Shown piece after piece: positions 19,101-28,483 of a DNA stretch of 64,000 nucleotides. The stretch spans positions 2,240,001 through 2,304,000 of the forward strand of contig OZ252244.1 in assembly GCA_965249575.1 (NCBI GenBank). Direction: 5' to 3'. Source of the DNA: Gemmatimonadales bacterium (lineage in GTDB: Bacteria > Gemmatimonadota > Gemmatimonadetes > Gemmatimonadales > GWC2-71-9). Within the stretch, counting starts at the first letter, position 1. Each line of letters opens with the position of its first letter. The notes under the pieces are model-generated. The model was not told the DNA's origin and did not search any database. It worked only from the letters and a program-made list of their open reading frames with translations. The position numbers and the translations under genes were made by a program.

Positions 19101-20849
19101 CTAGGCTGAGGGGGGTGCGAGCGGGGGGCGCACATGGCGTCTTCCGGGTGGCGGGGACGACCGGGGTCGAGCGAGCTCCTGCGTGCCGCACGGACCGTAA
19201 GCCGCCGTCCTCCCGGAATCCACGACCAGTCGGTACCGGCTGCTGAGGAGCGCACGCGTCTCGACATCTTCGCTTCGCACCACGAAGAGTGTTGGCCGAC
19301 CGCACTCGACGATCCGCGAGTGACCCCATTCGAGCGAGCGAATAAGCGAACCGGGCTGCGCTCGCCAACGCTCGGGTTCCCGCACCAAGTAGTTGCTGGT
19401 TAGCTCGGCGCCTGAACGCGTGACGAGGATGATTTGTCGTCGGAGGTAGAAAGGGAGGGACAGCGGGAACGTGCGGACTGCGACCACGTCGATGTTCTCG
19501 CTGAGGAGCGGGGTTATGGCGTCCGCGACGACCCGGGCCGAACGGTCGCGCCCGATCGCGTCCATGAGAGAACTGCTCACAAACGGTATAGAAGCGACGG
19601 GCAGGCTGAGTGCGAGTGCCACCGTCACCGCGTGATGAGACCGGAGCCAGGCAGCCGCTCCGGCAATCGCCGACACCGCGCCCAGGGCGAACGCGGTCGG
19701 AGGAATGGCGGATGAGACCTCTGGCGTCATCTCTATCAGGGCGTCAAACACGCCATGACCCACCACGAGCGCGAGCCCGGCGACCACGAGCGCGACCGAT
19801 GCGGCTCGCGCTCCCGTTGGACGTATTCCTGCGGCCGTCCAGAAGTTGGCGACGAGCAGGGCGATCGCTGGAATCAGTGGCAGGACATATTGCGGGCGTT
19901 TCGACTGTGACAGTGAAAAGAACACCAGCGGGACCAAGATCCAGATGAGCAAGAAGACCATACGATGGTCAGGGGTGCCGGCGCTTTGTCGGACGATTCG
20001 CACGTTACGCCAACTGCCAAGGCACACCAACGACCATGGGAACGAACCTGCGAGAACGATCGGAAGGAAGTACCAGGCGGGCCCGGTGCGTTGGAGCTTT
20101 GCCGTCGTCAGTCGCTCAAAGGTTTCCGTGATCACTACGTAACTCACGAAATCTGGTATCCGTCTGGAGAGTGCGAACACCCAGGGCAGAATGATAGCGG
20201 TGAACGTCAGGATCGCCGGTCCGGTGACGAGCGAACGCGCGGCGCCTCGCCAGATGGCGTATGGGACTGCCACCATTAGGGGAATGGCGAGTGCCACGGG
20301 TCCCTTTGTCAGCATTCCGGCCGCCATGGCCGACCAAGCGAGAGCCGTCCACACACGGTCCGGCCTGTCCGCTGTGCGGGCCTCGATCGCGTTGTAGAAT
20401 GCCGCCAGTGAGATGACGACGAACAGGGTGAGGGCGCTGTCGAAGATGACTGTGCGAGCGAACCCGAGCGTGAGCGGTGAAGATGCCAACGCCACTGGCG
20501 CGATCCAGCTCGAGGAACGGCCGAAGAGGCGGGCGGAGAACCACCAGATCACTCCCGCGAGTGCCAGGGTGAAGAGTAGTGCCGGGAGGCGGGCCGCGAC
20601 CGCGGTCGGTCCGAGTACCTCCATGAATGCCGCCGCCGCCGCGAAGTAGACGATCGGTTTGTCCAGATAGGGCAAGCCGTTCAGCCGGGGGAGTACGTAG
20701 TCGTTCGATACGGCCATCTCCCGTGCGATTTCTGCATTACGGCCCTCGTCCGGATCCAGGAGCGGATAGGCGTCCATGCGGGCTGCGAGAGCCGAGAGGA
20801 CCAAGACCACGGTCACGGCGATCGGGAGGGATCGTTTGTCGAGCTTCAT
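19101..20849 (-). CDS. ArnT/PMT-family (GT-C) glycosyltransferase
   Basis: DPDEGRNAEIAREM, YLDKP, MLTKGP, SKRPQYVLP; many TM helices. Confidence 0.9.
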   Translation of the reverse strand: MKLDKRSLPIAVTVVLVLSALAARMDAYPLLDPDEGRNAEIAREMAVSNDYVLPRLNGLPYLDKPIVYFAAAAAFMEVLGPTAVAARLPALLFTLALAGVIWWFSARLFGRSSSWIAPVALASSPLTLGFARTVIFDSALTLFVVISLAAFYNAIEARTADRPDRVWTALAWSAMAAGMLTKGPVALAIPLMVAVPYAIWRGAARSLVTGPAILTFTAIILPWVFALSRRIPDFVSYVVITETFERLTTAKLQRTGPAWYFLPIVLAGSFPWSLVCLGSWRNVRIVRQSAGTPDHRMVFLLIWILVPLVFFSLSQSKRPQYVLPLIPAIALLVANFWTAAGIRPTGARAASVALVVAGLALVVGHGVFDALIEMTPEVSSAIPPTAFALGAVSAIAGAAAWLRSHHAVTVALALSLPVASIPFVSSSLMDAIGRDRSARVVADAITPLLSENIDVVAVRTFPLSLPFYLRRQIILVTRSGAELTSNYLVREPERWRAQPGSLIRSLEWGHSRIVECGRPTLFVVRSEDVETRALLSSRYRLVVDSGRTAAYGPCGTQELARPRSSPPPGRRHVRPPLAPPSA

Positions 20850-20928
20850 GGCGTCGAGTGGAAGGGAAGCGCCCGGGGTAGAACCGTCGGTCGGTGGCGA
20901 GACCCTTGCTTTCCCCCCCCGCGCGAAT

Positions 20929-20952
20929 TGGCGGCGGGCCCAACCGCCGCCA
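20929..20952. terminator. Perfect 9-bp hairpin right after the DUF6941 stop
   Basis: TGGCGGCGG-gcccaa-CCGCCGCCA; no clear U tract. Confidence 0.4.
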
Positions 20953-21372
20953 TCAGTTCAGCCCTGAGCTTCTCGGTGATGGCGGGCCGACGGCGACGGT
21001 GAGAGGCACTTGCGTCTTGATCTCGCCGTTCACCGTGATCTCGAACCGATATTTTCCGGCGCTGGCGAACGGGACGTCGAACATCAATACAGCGCCAGCC
21101 TCCACCTCGGTGATCCCGGCCGGCGGCTCTGCGAAGGTGACTCTCCCATCCCCACTCAGTACCTCCTGACCCCCCTCCGAGCACAATCGAATGCGCACGT
21201 CGTGCTGACCGACCTCCGTGCGCTTGCCCTTGAGCCGAATGACCAGATGCAAGCGTGGGTGGACGGCGGGAAGCTGGGGAACCCAGATGTGCTGGAAAAT
21301 GCCCAGCACCGACAGCTTCCCGTATTGGTCGACGATAGCGTAGTCGCATACGACGGCGAAGTCGACGTTCAC
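20953..21372 (-). CDS. DUF6941-like beta-sandwich hypothetical protein
   Basis: FAVVCDYA..GKLSVLGIF..P.VHP..F...GKYRFEI. Confidence 0.8.
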   Translation of the reverse strand: MNVDFAVVCDYAIVDQYGKLSVLGIFQHIWVPQLPAVHPRLHLVIRLKGKRTEVGQHDVRIRLCSEGGQEVLSGDGRVTFAEPPAGITEVEAGAVLMFDVPFASAGKYRFEITVNGEIKTQVPLTVAVGPPSPRSSGLN

Positions 21373-21500
21373 GGAACCGCCAGGTAAGGAAGGCTAGTCG
21401 TACCCATCGAGGCTCCGGTGGGAGGGCTTTGCGCATGGTCGCGCTTCGGCAGAAATAAACACCGCTGCCGACCACGGCCAAGGGCGCCGGGATCGGTGGG

Positions 21501-22142
21501 CTACACCTCCGCGGAGGGGCACAGAGTCTTCACCGGGCATATCTCACATCTGGGTTTGCGCGCCTGGCACACGGCCCTGCCGTGATGGATCATCAAGTGG
21601 GGAAACAGGGTCCAGTCCTTTCGTGGCACCAGCTTCATGAGATCGCGTTCGATCTTTTCCGGGTCGGTACGACGGGTCAATTTCAGACGTCGTGATATTC
21701 TGGTCACGTGCGTGTCGACCACGATCCCCTCATCGATCCCGAACGCGTTGCCCAGAACGACGTTGGCGGTTTTTCGCCCGACGCCAGGCAGCTCGATCAA
21801 CTCAGCCATCGTACGGGGGACTTCGCCTCTATGATGGTCGACGAGCGAGCGTGCCATACCAAGGATCGACTTGGTTTTGTTCCGGAAAAACCCAGTTGGT
21901 CGGATGGCCTCTTCCACATCTTCGGTGCTGGCCTCGGCGTAGTCGCGCGCGTCTCGATATGTCTGGAAGAGACTCTTCGTCACCTCATTGACGCGGGAAT
22001 CGGTGCACTGTGCGCTGAGGATGGTGGCAACCAGCAGTTGAAGCGGGTTCTCGTAGGTGAGAGAGCATGTGGCGTCAGGGTATTGCTTCTTGAGCTTGCG
22101 GATGATGGGCTTGATGCGGTCGGCGGGCCGCTGCATCGTCAC
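21501..22142 (-). CDS. nth: Endonuclease III
   Basis: LSAQCTD, LPGVGRKTANV, VDTHV, C-x6-C-x2-C-x5-C. Confidence 0.96.
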   Translation of the reverse strand: MTMQRPADRIKPIIRKLKKQYPDATCSLTYENPLQLLVATILSAQCTDSRVNEVTKSLFQTYRDARDYAEASTEDVEEAIRPTGFFRNKTKSILGMARSLVDHHRGEVPRTMAELIELPGVGRKTANVVLGNAFGIDEGIVVDTHVTRISRRLKLTRRTDPEKIERDLMKLVPRKDWTLFPHLMIHHGRAVCQARKPRCEICPVKTLCPSAEV

Positions 22143-23863
22143 GTTTCGCGCCGATTCGCGAACTCCCGAAAGCCCGCCAGTGGTCGCGCGTTGAGCACGT
22201 CCACCGGTCTCAGCCAGCCCTTCCGCGCGACACCCACCCCAACGTCCATATTGCCGACGGCACCGGTGCTGTGCGCGTCCGCACCAATTGAGATAGTGAC
22301 CCCAGCCTCAACCGCCTGCCGCACGAACGTCCAATCGAGGTCGAGGCGTTGGGGATCGGCGTTGATCTCGACCGCGACGCCGCGCTCAGCGGCCCGGGCG
22401 AAGACCGCGTCGAGATCCAGGGGATACGGGTCCCGCGAGAGCAGGAGGCGGCCAGTTGGGTGGCCCAGGATCGTCATGAACGGATCGTTCATCGCACGGA
22501 GAATACGATCGGTCATTTCCTTCCCACCCATGCCGAGCCGGCTGTGCACCGACGCGATAATGAAGTCGAACGAGGCGCGGATCTCAGGTGTGTAATCCAA
22601 GGTTCCGTCGGCCAGGATGTCGACCTCGACCCCCTTCAGGACCTGCAACTCGGTCTGCCCTCGGTTTGCATCATCGATTTCGCCGTGCTGGCGCGGGATG
22701 TCGTCCGGCGCCAAACCGCCGGCATATACCGCGGACTGGCTGTGATCGGTGATTCCTAGATAACCGTAGCCCGCCGCCCGACACGCGGCCGCCCACTCAG
22801 TGACTGTGCTGGTCCCGTCCGAGTAGTTGGAATGGCAGTGCAGGAACCCGAGCACGTCGGTACGCTCGATCAAGTCCGGTAGCCGACCGGACGCGGCGGC
22901 TGCAACCTCGCCGTTGCCCTCGCGCAGCTCTGGAGGGATGAGTGGGAGCCCCAGTGACTGGTAGACGTCCGCTTCGGTCGATGCCGCGAGGAGCTCGTCT
23001 TCGCGGTTCCTGATCCCCTCATCGGTCCACTGGTGTCCTTGCGCGGCCGCACGCGCAGATAACTCGCTGAGGTGCTCGGCGGATCCGGTCGCCCGGACGA
23101 GTCGGAATCCCCACTCGGTCGGCCGCGCGAGGTACACATCAGCCATGGTCCCGGTCGCGAAACGCACCGTACGCGAGTCTTCGGTAGCCCCGAGAGACTC
23201 AGCGACGCCGGGTGCGTTGCCGAGCAGGTCCAATATTTCGGCTGGGGGTCGGGAGCATTCGAGAACGAAATCCAAATCACGAATGATCTCACGTCGTCGC
23301 CGGACGCTGCCGGCGACGGCGGCGCGGGACACCCCCGGCATTGAGCCGAGAAATTCGAGCAACGCCTGAGCTTCGCCGTAAGCGTTATGGAACAGTCGAA
23401 ACTCGCTGACCTGTCGAAGGAAACGGATCCCCTTCAGCAGATTGTCGGCTGTCTTCTTGCCAAAACGGGGAAGACGCGCCAGCCGGCCGTCGCGAGCCGC
23501 GTCCTCCAACTCACCGAGCGACTCAACGTGCAGGCTCTCGTGGATCTGCCGGATCTTCGCCACGCCGAGGCCGGAGATCTTCAGCATCTCGATGAGCCCG
23601 GGGGGAACCTGGTCCCGTAACTCCTCGAGGACCGGGCTGGTCCCCGTCCGCAAGACGTCCTGCGCGATTTCGAGCATCGCAGGTCCGATCCCCCGGACCT
23701 CCGCGAGCTCTCCGGATGCGAGCGCGGAGTTCAAATCGCCCTGGAATGTCGCGATGGCGCGAGCGCCGGTGTGGTACGCGCGGACTCGGAAGGGGTTCTC
23801 GCCCTTCAACTCCAAGAAAGAGGCAATCTGCTCCAGCGTGCGCGCGACATCTTGCTTGTCCAT
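22139..23863 (-). CDS. polX: DNA polymerase X / PHP exonuclease
   Basis: GENPFRVRAY, GSVRRRREIIRDLD, ATGS, PPELRE; PHP motifs HCHSNYSDG, TDH, GHPTGR, DAH. Confidence 0.95.
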   Translation of the reverse strand: MDKQDVARTLEQIASFLELKGENPFRVRAYHTGARAIATFQGDLNSALASGELAEVRGIGPAMLEIAQDVLRTGTSPVLEELRDQVPPGLIEMLKISGLGVAKIRQIHESLHVESLGELEDAARDGRLARLPRFGKKTADNLLKGIRFLRQVSEFRLFHNAYGEAQALLEFLGSMPGVSRAAVAGSVRRRREIIRDLDFVLECSRPPAEILDLLGNAPGVAESLGATEDSRTVRFATGTMADVYLARPTEWGFRLVRATGSAEHLSELSARAAAQGHQWTDEGIRNREDELLAASTEADVYQSLGLPLIPPELREGNGEVAAAASGRLPDLIERTDVLGFLHCHSNYSDGTSTVTEWAAACRAAGYGYLGITDHSQSAVYAGGLAPDDIPRQHGEIDDANRGQTELQVLKGVEVDILADGTLDYTPEIRASFDFIIASVHSRLGMGGKEMTDRILRAMNDPFMTILGHPTGRLLLSRDPYPLDLDAVFARAAERGVAVEINADPQRLDLDWTFVRQAVEAGVTISIGADAHSTGAVGNMDVGVGVARKGWLRPVDVLNARPLAGFREFANRRET

Positions 23864-23874
23864 CCAGTCGCAAC

Positions 23875-24543
23875 CTACTCCTCCGCCAGTTCGAGCGCGA
23901 GTTGCGTGAGAGTGAGAAGCTCCGCGTGAGAGCTCACCGATCGAAATCCGACTTGCGCGCCTCCGTCCATCCGCGGAGCGAAGAGCGGCGCACGCAGCAT
24001 CGCGCTTGCGGCAGAAAAGTCCTCGAGCGATGCCGTTAACGAGATCTGGCTGAAGCCGCTTCTGTCCTGGCGGAGGCCAAGGACCGCGAGGACGGTGAGC
24101 TCTTCTCCACCGCGGCCCGGAGCCACGAACAGACCGTCGACTGGCTCGTGTGGCATGTCGTCACCGACCTGCGACCAGAACATTTGCTCCGGGAGCTGTA
24201 CGTAGCACGTAAGAGCTGGGGGCCTGATGGGGTGACGGGTCAACTCCCCGGCGATCACTGCTTCCAGCCGACTTCGTGTGGGTGCCAGTAGCCGGCAGCC
24301 GGACCGCCAGTAACTGTATGCTACGAAGAGGAGGGTCAGGTACTCCCCGCCGACGGCCGGTTGGCGTTCAAGTGTGTCAGGGGCTTCTAGCTGGGCAATG
24401 GCATCGTGAACCCGGGGCAACGCGGCGAACTGCGATCGGTCTGAATCGTCATGCTCACCTGCGGCAGCCTCGTCGTGGATGCTCTCGAACCAATCGTCCG
24501 CTACCTCGCCGAATACGAAGCCGAAAGGGTCCAGCCGGCTCAC
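23875..24543 (-). CDS. Hypothetical protein
   Basis: 222-aa ORF coupled by GTGA overlap; protein-like composition. Confidence 0.7.
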   Translation of the reverse strand: MSRLDPFGFVFGEVADDWFESIHDEAAAGEHDDSDRSQFAALPRVHDAIAQLEAPDTLERQPAVGGEYLTLLFVAYSYWRSGCRLLAPTRSRLEAVIAGELTRHPIRPPALTCYVQLPEQMFWSQVGDDMPHEPVDGLFVAPGRGGEELTVLAVLGLRQDRSGFSQISLTASLEDFSAASAMLRAPLFAPRMDGGAQVGFRSVSSHAELLTLTQLALELAEE

Positions 24544-25382
24544 GGGCCACTCGGCAGGAATTCCTGCAAAATGTTGATGAAGCGATCGTACTCTTCGACG
24601 TAGGGCACGTGTCCCGACGATTCAAAAATCTCCAGCCGGGCATTCAGCAACTTGGCGGTCCGCTCCGCGGTCGTCAGCGGCACCGGATCGTATCGTCCGT
24701 GAACCATGAGCGTGGGTACCGTCAGGGCCGAAAGTTCCGACGAGAGGTCATAGTCGCCCAGGCTCTCCCACACGGCCTCCTGAGTGCGGCCGGTGACCCG
24801 AAACGGCGTGAGGTCGTGCGCCAGGGCGGGATTGCGAAAGTAGGCGGCGACCGATAGTTCGAACGCGCGTTGGCGGTAGGCTTTGGGGTCACGCTCCCGC
24901 AGCCCCGAAGCTCGGAGCCGCTCGCGCTCCTCGGTGATGCGGGGGTCACGCATGCGTTCGGCGAATCTCCTCTCGAACTCTTCGCGTCCGCCGTGGGTGG
25001 CTGCAGCCGCCGATACCAGCGCCAATCGGCCCACCTTACGCGGGTGATTGACGGCGTAGAGCATCGCTAGCAAGCCACCCCACGAATAGCCGAGAAGCGT
25101 CGCGGGTGTCGCGCTCCAATAGTCGAGGAGGGCGTCGAGGTCCTCCACGTGCTCCTTCCAACCAACCGCCACGTCGCGTGGTACCGCCGACCGACCCCCT
25201 CCGCGTTGGTCGTAATACCTGAGCGTGTGCCCTGGCGCGAGTCCATCGAACTGGGGCAGGAGGTAATCGTGGTGGGCTCCCGGTCCGCCGTGCAGCACGA
25301 TGATCTCGGGTCCCGCTCCCACGGTGCGAGCGTAGAGCTCGATCCCGTTCAATCGAATACGGTCTTCGAGGGGCGGACGCAT
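24540..25382 (-). CDS. Alpha/beta hydrolase (proline iminopeptidase-like)
   Basis: LHGGPG, YDQRGGGRS, GYSWGG, SGHVP; GGAG RBS. Confidence 0.9.
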   Translation of the reverse strand: MRPPLEDRIRLNGIELYARTVGAGPEIIVLHGGPGAHHDYLLPQFDGLAPGHTLRYYDQRGGGRSAVPRDVAVGWKEHVEDLDALLDYWSATPATLLGYSWGGLLAMLYAVNHPRKVGRLALVSAAAATHGGREEFERRFAERMRDPRITEERERLRASGLRERDPKAYRQRAFELSVAAYFRNPALAHDLTPFRVTGRTQEAVWESLGDYDLSSELSALTVPTLMVHGRYDPVPLTTAERTAKLLNARLEIFESSGHVPYVEEYDRFINILQEFLPSGP

Positions 25383-25389
25383 TCGGCTC

Positions 25390-25842
25390 CTACAGCAGTG
25401 ATGCCAGGGCGTCCGCGACCCGGCGCACCGCGGCTCGCTCCTGCTCGCCGAATCCGGCCCGGTCGTCGCTATCGACATCGATCTGTCCGAGAATCTCTCG
25501 ACCGCGCCGAACGAGCACGACCAGTTCCGAGCGCGTCTCCGGGCTGCACGCCAGGTACTGGGGCGCCTGCGTCACGTCGGGAGCGTAGATGTCCCGGAGT
25601 TCGGCAACTGCCCGCCCGCACAAGCCCGTGCCCACCTGAATTCGGCGGTGCTCGGTGGGACGGCCCTCGAAGGCTTCGAGCTCGAGGAACCCATCGGATC
25701 CCAGCATGTACAGGTACACGCCGGTGTAGGGGGAACCCGCACCTCGCATCTTCACGGCCGTCAGGGATAGCAACTCTCGCCGTGTGGCGCCGTGCGAGGA
25801 CGCGGCCTGTAGGGTCCGAACGACTTCTTCCGGGTTCAGCAC
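25390..25842 (-). CDS. GAF-domain protein, free methionine-R-sulfoxide reductase (MsrC)-like
   Basis: GTGLCGRA, DV..YLAC..TRSELVV, GQIDVDS. Confidence 0.82.
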   Translation of the reverse strand: MLNPEEVVRTLQAASSHGATRRELLSLTAVKMRGAGSPYTGVYLYMLGSDGFLELEAFEGRPTEHRRIQVGTGLCGRAVAELRDIYAPDVTQAPQYLACSPETRSELVVLVRRGREILGQIDVDSDDRAGFGEQERAAVRRVADALASLL

Positions 25843-26029
25843 GATCGGGCTTCGCGATCTCCGGCACAGGGGGCGGTTGCGTCGGTGTCGGCTCGGCGCC
25901 CCAAAACGGATCTCGTATTTCGTGGTGCCATATCCCTATACTTTACTTTAGTCCTAGTAAGATTCGAAATCGGGGTCGTGGGTACCGCTGGTGTCCCCGC
26001 GACGTTTGCCGTAACCTTGTCGCTCGACC

Positions 26030-27148
26030 ATGCTCAATTACGACAACTTCGCGATCCTCCTCGCCCGGGCGGTCGAACTCATTCGGTCGCGGCCACGCGC
26101 CATCGAGGAGCAGAAGGGGGCTCTACGCGCGCTCGTTGCACTCACGAAACTGGGGGGCGCGACGTTTGCATTCCGGAACGACACCTTGCTCGTCGAGGGG
26201 GAAGCCGTCGCCCAGACGCTCCCCCTCATTCCGGCGTTGAGCACGCAGATGAAGGCACACGCGATACGTGAAATACGCATCGCACGGGGTGCCTCGGCTG
26301 CCGATCTGCTGAGTCTCATCCGTGCCCTCGCCGCTGAGGGAGGCGACTCGGCCACGCCGGCTATCTCAGCCGCCGGCACTGTCGCTATGCTGAGCGTTCC
26401 AGAGGAGGACGTTCCCGAGGGACGCCGGCCGGTCAGTGTAACTCGAGCGTTCGAAGTCGGTGGGTTAACGGATCGCGATTCCGCGGATCCCGATGCAGCG
26501 CTGGGGGGCGAGCCCGTCGCGGCGGGCGGTGGGGAGAGAGGAGTCGGATCGGGGGCCTCCTCTCTGCGCGCCGGAATGAGGCGTCTGGCGGCCAGCCCGC
26601 ACGGCTCGGACCTTCGTGACCGGTTGGGGATGGTGGTGGAGGGAATCGTGTCTGCTATGAGAGCGGGCGATGTCGCCAAGGCACTGGAAGCCCTCACCGC
26701 CGTGCTGGACCATGATTCGCAGTCGCCGGCCGAGGGTGACGCCGGACAGATATATGACTCTGCGATCCGGCATGTTCTCAATCAAGAAATACTGGACCGC
26801 GTCGTTCCGTTGCTCACAGACTCGGAGCAGGCATCCCGGGCGGCCGGGGTGGTCAGGCGGGCGGGCCTGGACGGGGTCGATGCCGTGGTCGCGCGCCTCG
26901 CGGCCACTGAGAACCCGACCGAGGCCCGCGCGTACTTCGCCGCCCTTGAGGGGGTGCGGGACCGTGGGCGGCTCTTGGTGGCGATGCTCACCCATCCGGA
27001 GCCAGCCACTGCACGCAACGTCGCCGAATTGATGGGCGATCTTGGGTTTGCCGAGGCCGTGCCGGCACTCGGACGCGCCCTGTCCCATGAGGAGCCACTA
27101 GATGAGGTGAAGTGGAACCGGCCTCCCTCCGACGTCAGCGGGGAGTGA
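26030..27148 (+). CDS. Helical HEAT-repeat-like protein, possibly C-terminally truncated
   Basis: HEAT-like end RNVAELMGDLG..AVPALGRALSHE followed by an unrelated tail. Confidence 0.65.
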   Translation: MLNYDNFAILLARAVELIRSRPRAIEEQKGALRALVALTKLGGATFAFRNDTLLVEGEAVAQTLPLIPALSTQMKAHAIREIRIARGASAADLLSLIRALAAEGGDSATPAISAAGTVAMLSVPEEDVPEGRRPVSVTRAFEVGGLTDRDSADPDAALGGEPVAAGGGERGVGSGASSLRAGMRRLAASPHGSDLRDRLGMVVEGIVSAMRAGDVAKALEALTAVLDHDSQSPAEGDAGQIYDSAIRHVLNQEILDRVVPLLTDSEQASRAAGVVRRAGLDGVDAVVARLAATENPTEARAYFAALEGVRDRGRLLVAMLTHPEPATARNVAELMGDLGFAEAVPALGRALSHEEPLDEVKWNRPPSDVSGE

Positions 27149-28202
27149 AATCGGTGTCGGTGGACAACCGACTCGTGAACTCGGCCAAGAGCGTGGCAAC
27201 CCGATCGAGATCTCGTAAGGCGATCATCTCGTTCGGTGAATGCATGTATCGATTGGGCACCGAAACGAGTGCGGTCGCGATCCCTTGCGCCGCCGTGTAG
27301 ATGGCGTCGGCATCCGTGCCCGTGTCTCGGGGCGCGGCTGAGAGGGTGTAGGGAATCCCCTTTGCTTCGGCGGTTTCGACGAGCATGTCGAACACGGCGG
27401 AGTTGATTGCTGACCCCCGTGACAAAACCGGGCCTCCATCCAGCTTGCACTCACCGACTTCCTTTTTTTCGACACTCGGGTAATCGGTCGCGTGAGTGAC
27501 GTCCACCACGATCGCGACCATCGGCTTGATGCTCGTTGCGCTCGTCCGGGCGCCACCGCTGCTCCAGTTGATTTCCTCCTGCGTAGTCGCAACGGCGAAT
27601 GCGGCGGTCTGTCCATCGCCCTCGGAAATTAGGCGAAGGGTCTCCAGCACCACGAATGCGCCAATGCGGTTGTCGATACTCCGGGATACTAGGCGCCCGT
27701 TGGGGTACTCGACTGTTTCGCAGTCGAGTACCGCCGGGTCTCCGACCCGAACCCGCTTCAGCGCTTCCTCCTTGCCCGCCGCCCCGATGTCGATCCACAA
27801 GTCGGATGGCTTCACGACACGCTCCCGTTCTTCCTTTCGCAAGAGGTGAACGGCCTTCCGTCCGATGACCCCTCGAACGGCGCCGTCTCGCGTCGCGATG
27901 ACGACCCGTTGCCCGACCAAGACCTGACGATCCCACCCGCCGATCGTCGAGAAGTAGAGATATCCATCGTCATCCACGTGAACGATCATGAGGCCGATCT
28001 CGTCCACGTGGCCAGCGAACATGATGCGGGGCTCATCGCGTGGATTGACGGCTGCGATGGAGTTGCCGGTGATGTCTACGGAGACCTCGTCGGCGAATGT
28101 TTCGGCCTCCGCACGCCAGATTCGAGCGGGGCCGGCTTCGAACCCCGATGGGCCGGGCGCATCCAGCAGGTTCTTGAGGAAAGCGAGCGATGATGGTTTC
28201 AT
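27135..28202 (-). CDS. M42 family metallopeptidase
   Basis: GPSGFE, GHVDEIG, IDNRIG, TQEE, VDVTH, GTDAD, RYMHSPNE. Confidence 0.95.
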   Translation of the reverse strand: MKPSSLAFLKNLLDAPGPSGFEAGPARIWRAEAETFADEVSVDITGNSIAAVNPRDEPRIMFAGHVDEIGLMIVHVDDDGYLYFSTIGGWDRQVLVGQRVVIATRDGAVRGVIGRKAVHLLRKEERERVVKPSDLWIDIGAAGKEEALKRVRVGDPAVLDCETVEYPNGRLVSRSIDNRIGAFVVLETLRLISEGDGQTAAFAVATTQEEINWSSGGARTSATSIKPMVAIVVDVTHATDYPSVEKKEVGECKLDGGPVLSRGSAINSAVFDMLVETAEAKGIPYTLSAAPRDTGTDADAIYTAAQGIATALVSVPNRYMHSPNEMIALRDLDRVATLLAEFTSRLSTDTDFTPR

Positions 28203-28246
28203 GCGTATGGGTCCTGAGTGTCAGCTCCCGATAACGTGGTGGTATT

Positions 28247-28483
28247 CTGACGCGTCAAGTCGTCGATGTTGCGGGCCTCCGCTGGACCGTGGAAACAGTC
28301 AGCCGCGGCCGCACGTCGGGATATCTCAATCCGAAAGTGCACCGGCCCATCCTGCAGTTTGCCTGTCTCGACGCCGACCGGCCGAAGCGGTACGCGGCGC
28401 TACCGATTGACGCCGGCGACTCCCTCGCCACCGTTGCGGAGGGGGTGCTGATCGAGTTGCTGGCGGTGGCAAGGGTGCACTAA
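28247..28483 (+). CDS. Small hypothetical protein (start CTG 28247 or GTG 28289)
   Basis: Open frame LTRQVVDVAGLRWTVETVSRGRTSGYLNPKVHRPILQFACLD.. fills the gap between neighbouring genes. Confidence 0.5.
   Translation: MTRQVVDVAGLRWTVETVSRGRTSGYLNPKVHRPILQFACLDADRPKRYAALPIDAGDSLATVAEGVLIELLAVARVH

Noticed and set aside
20846..21481. Arg-rich ORF starting MRKALPPEPRW
   Set aside because: Out-of-frame overlap of the DUF6941-like gene; no supporting motif.
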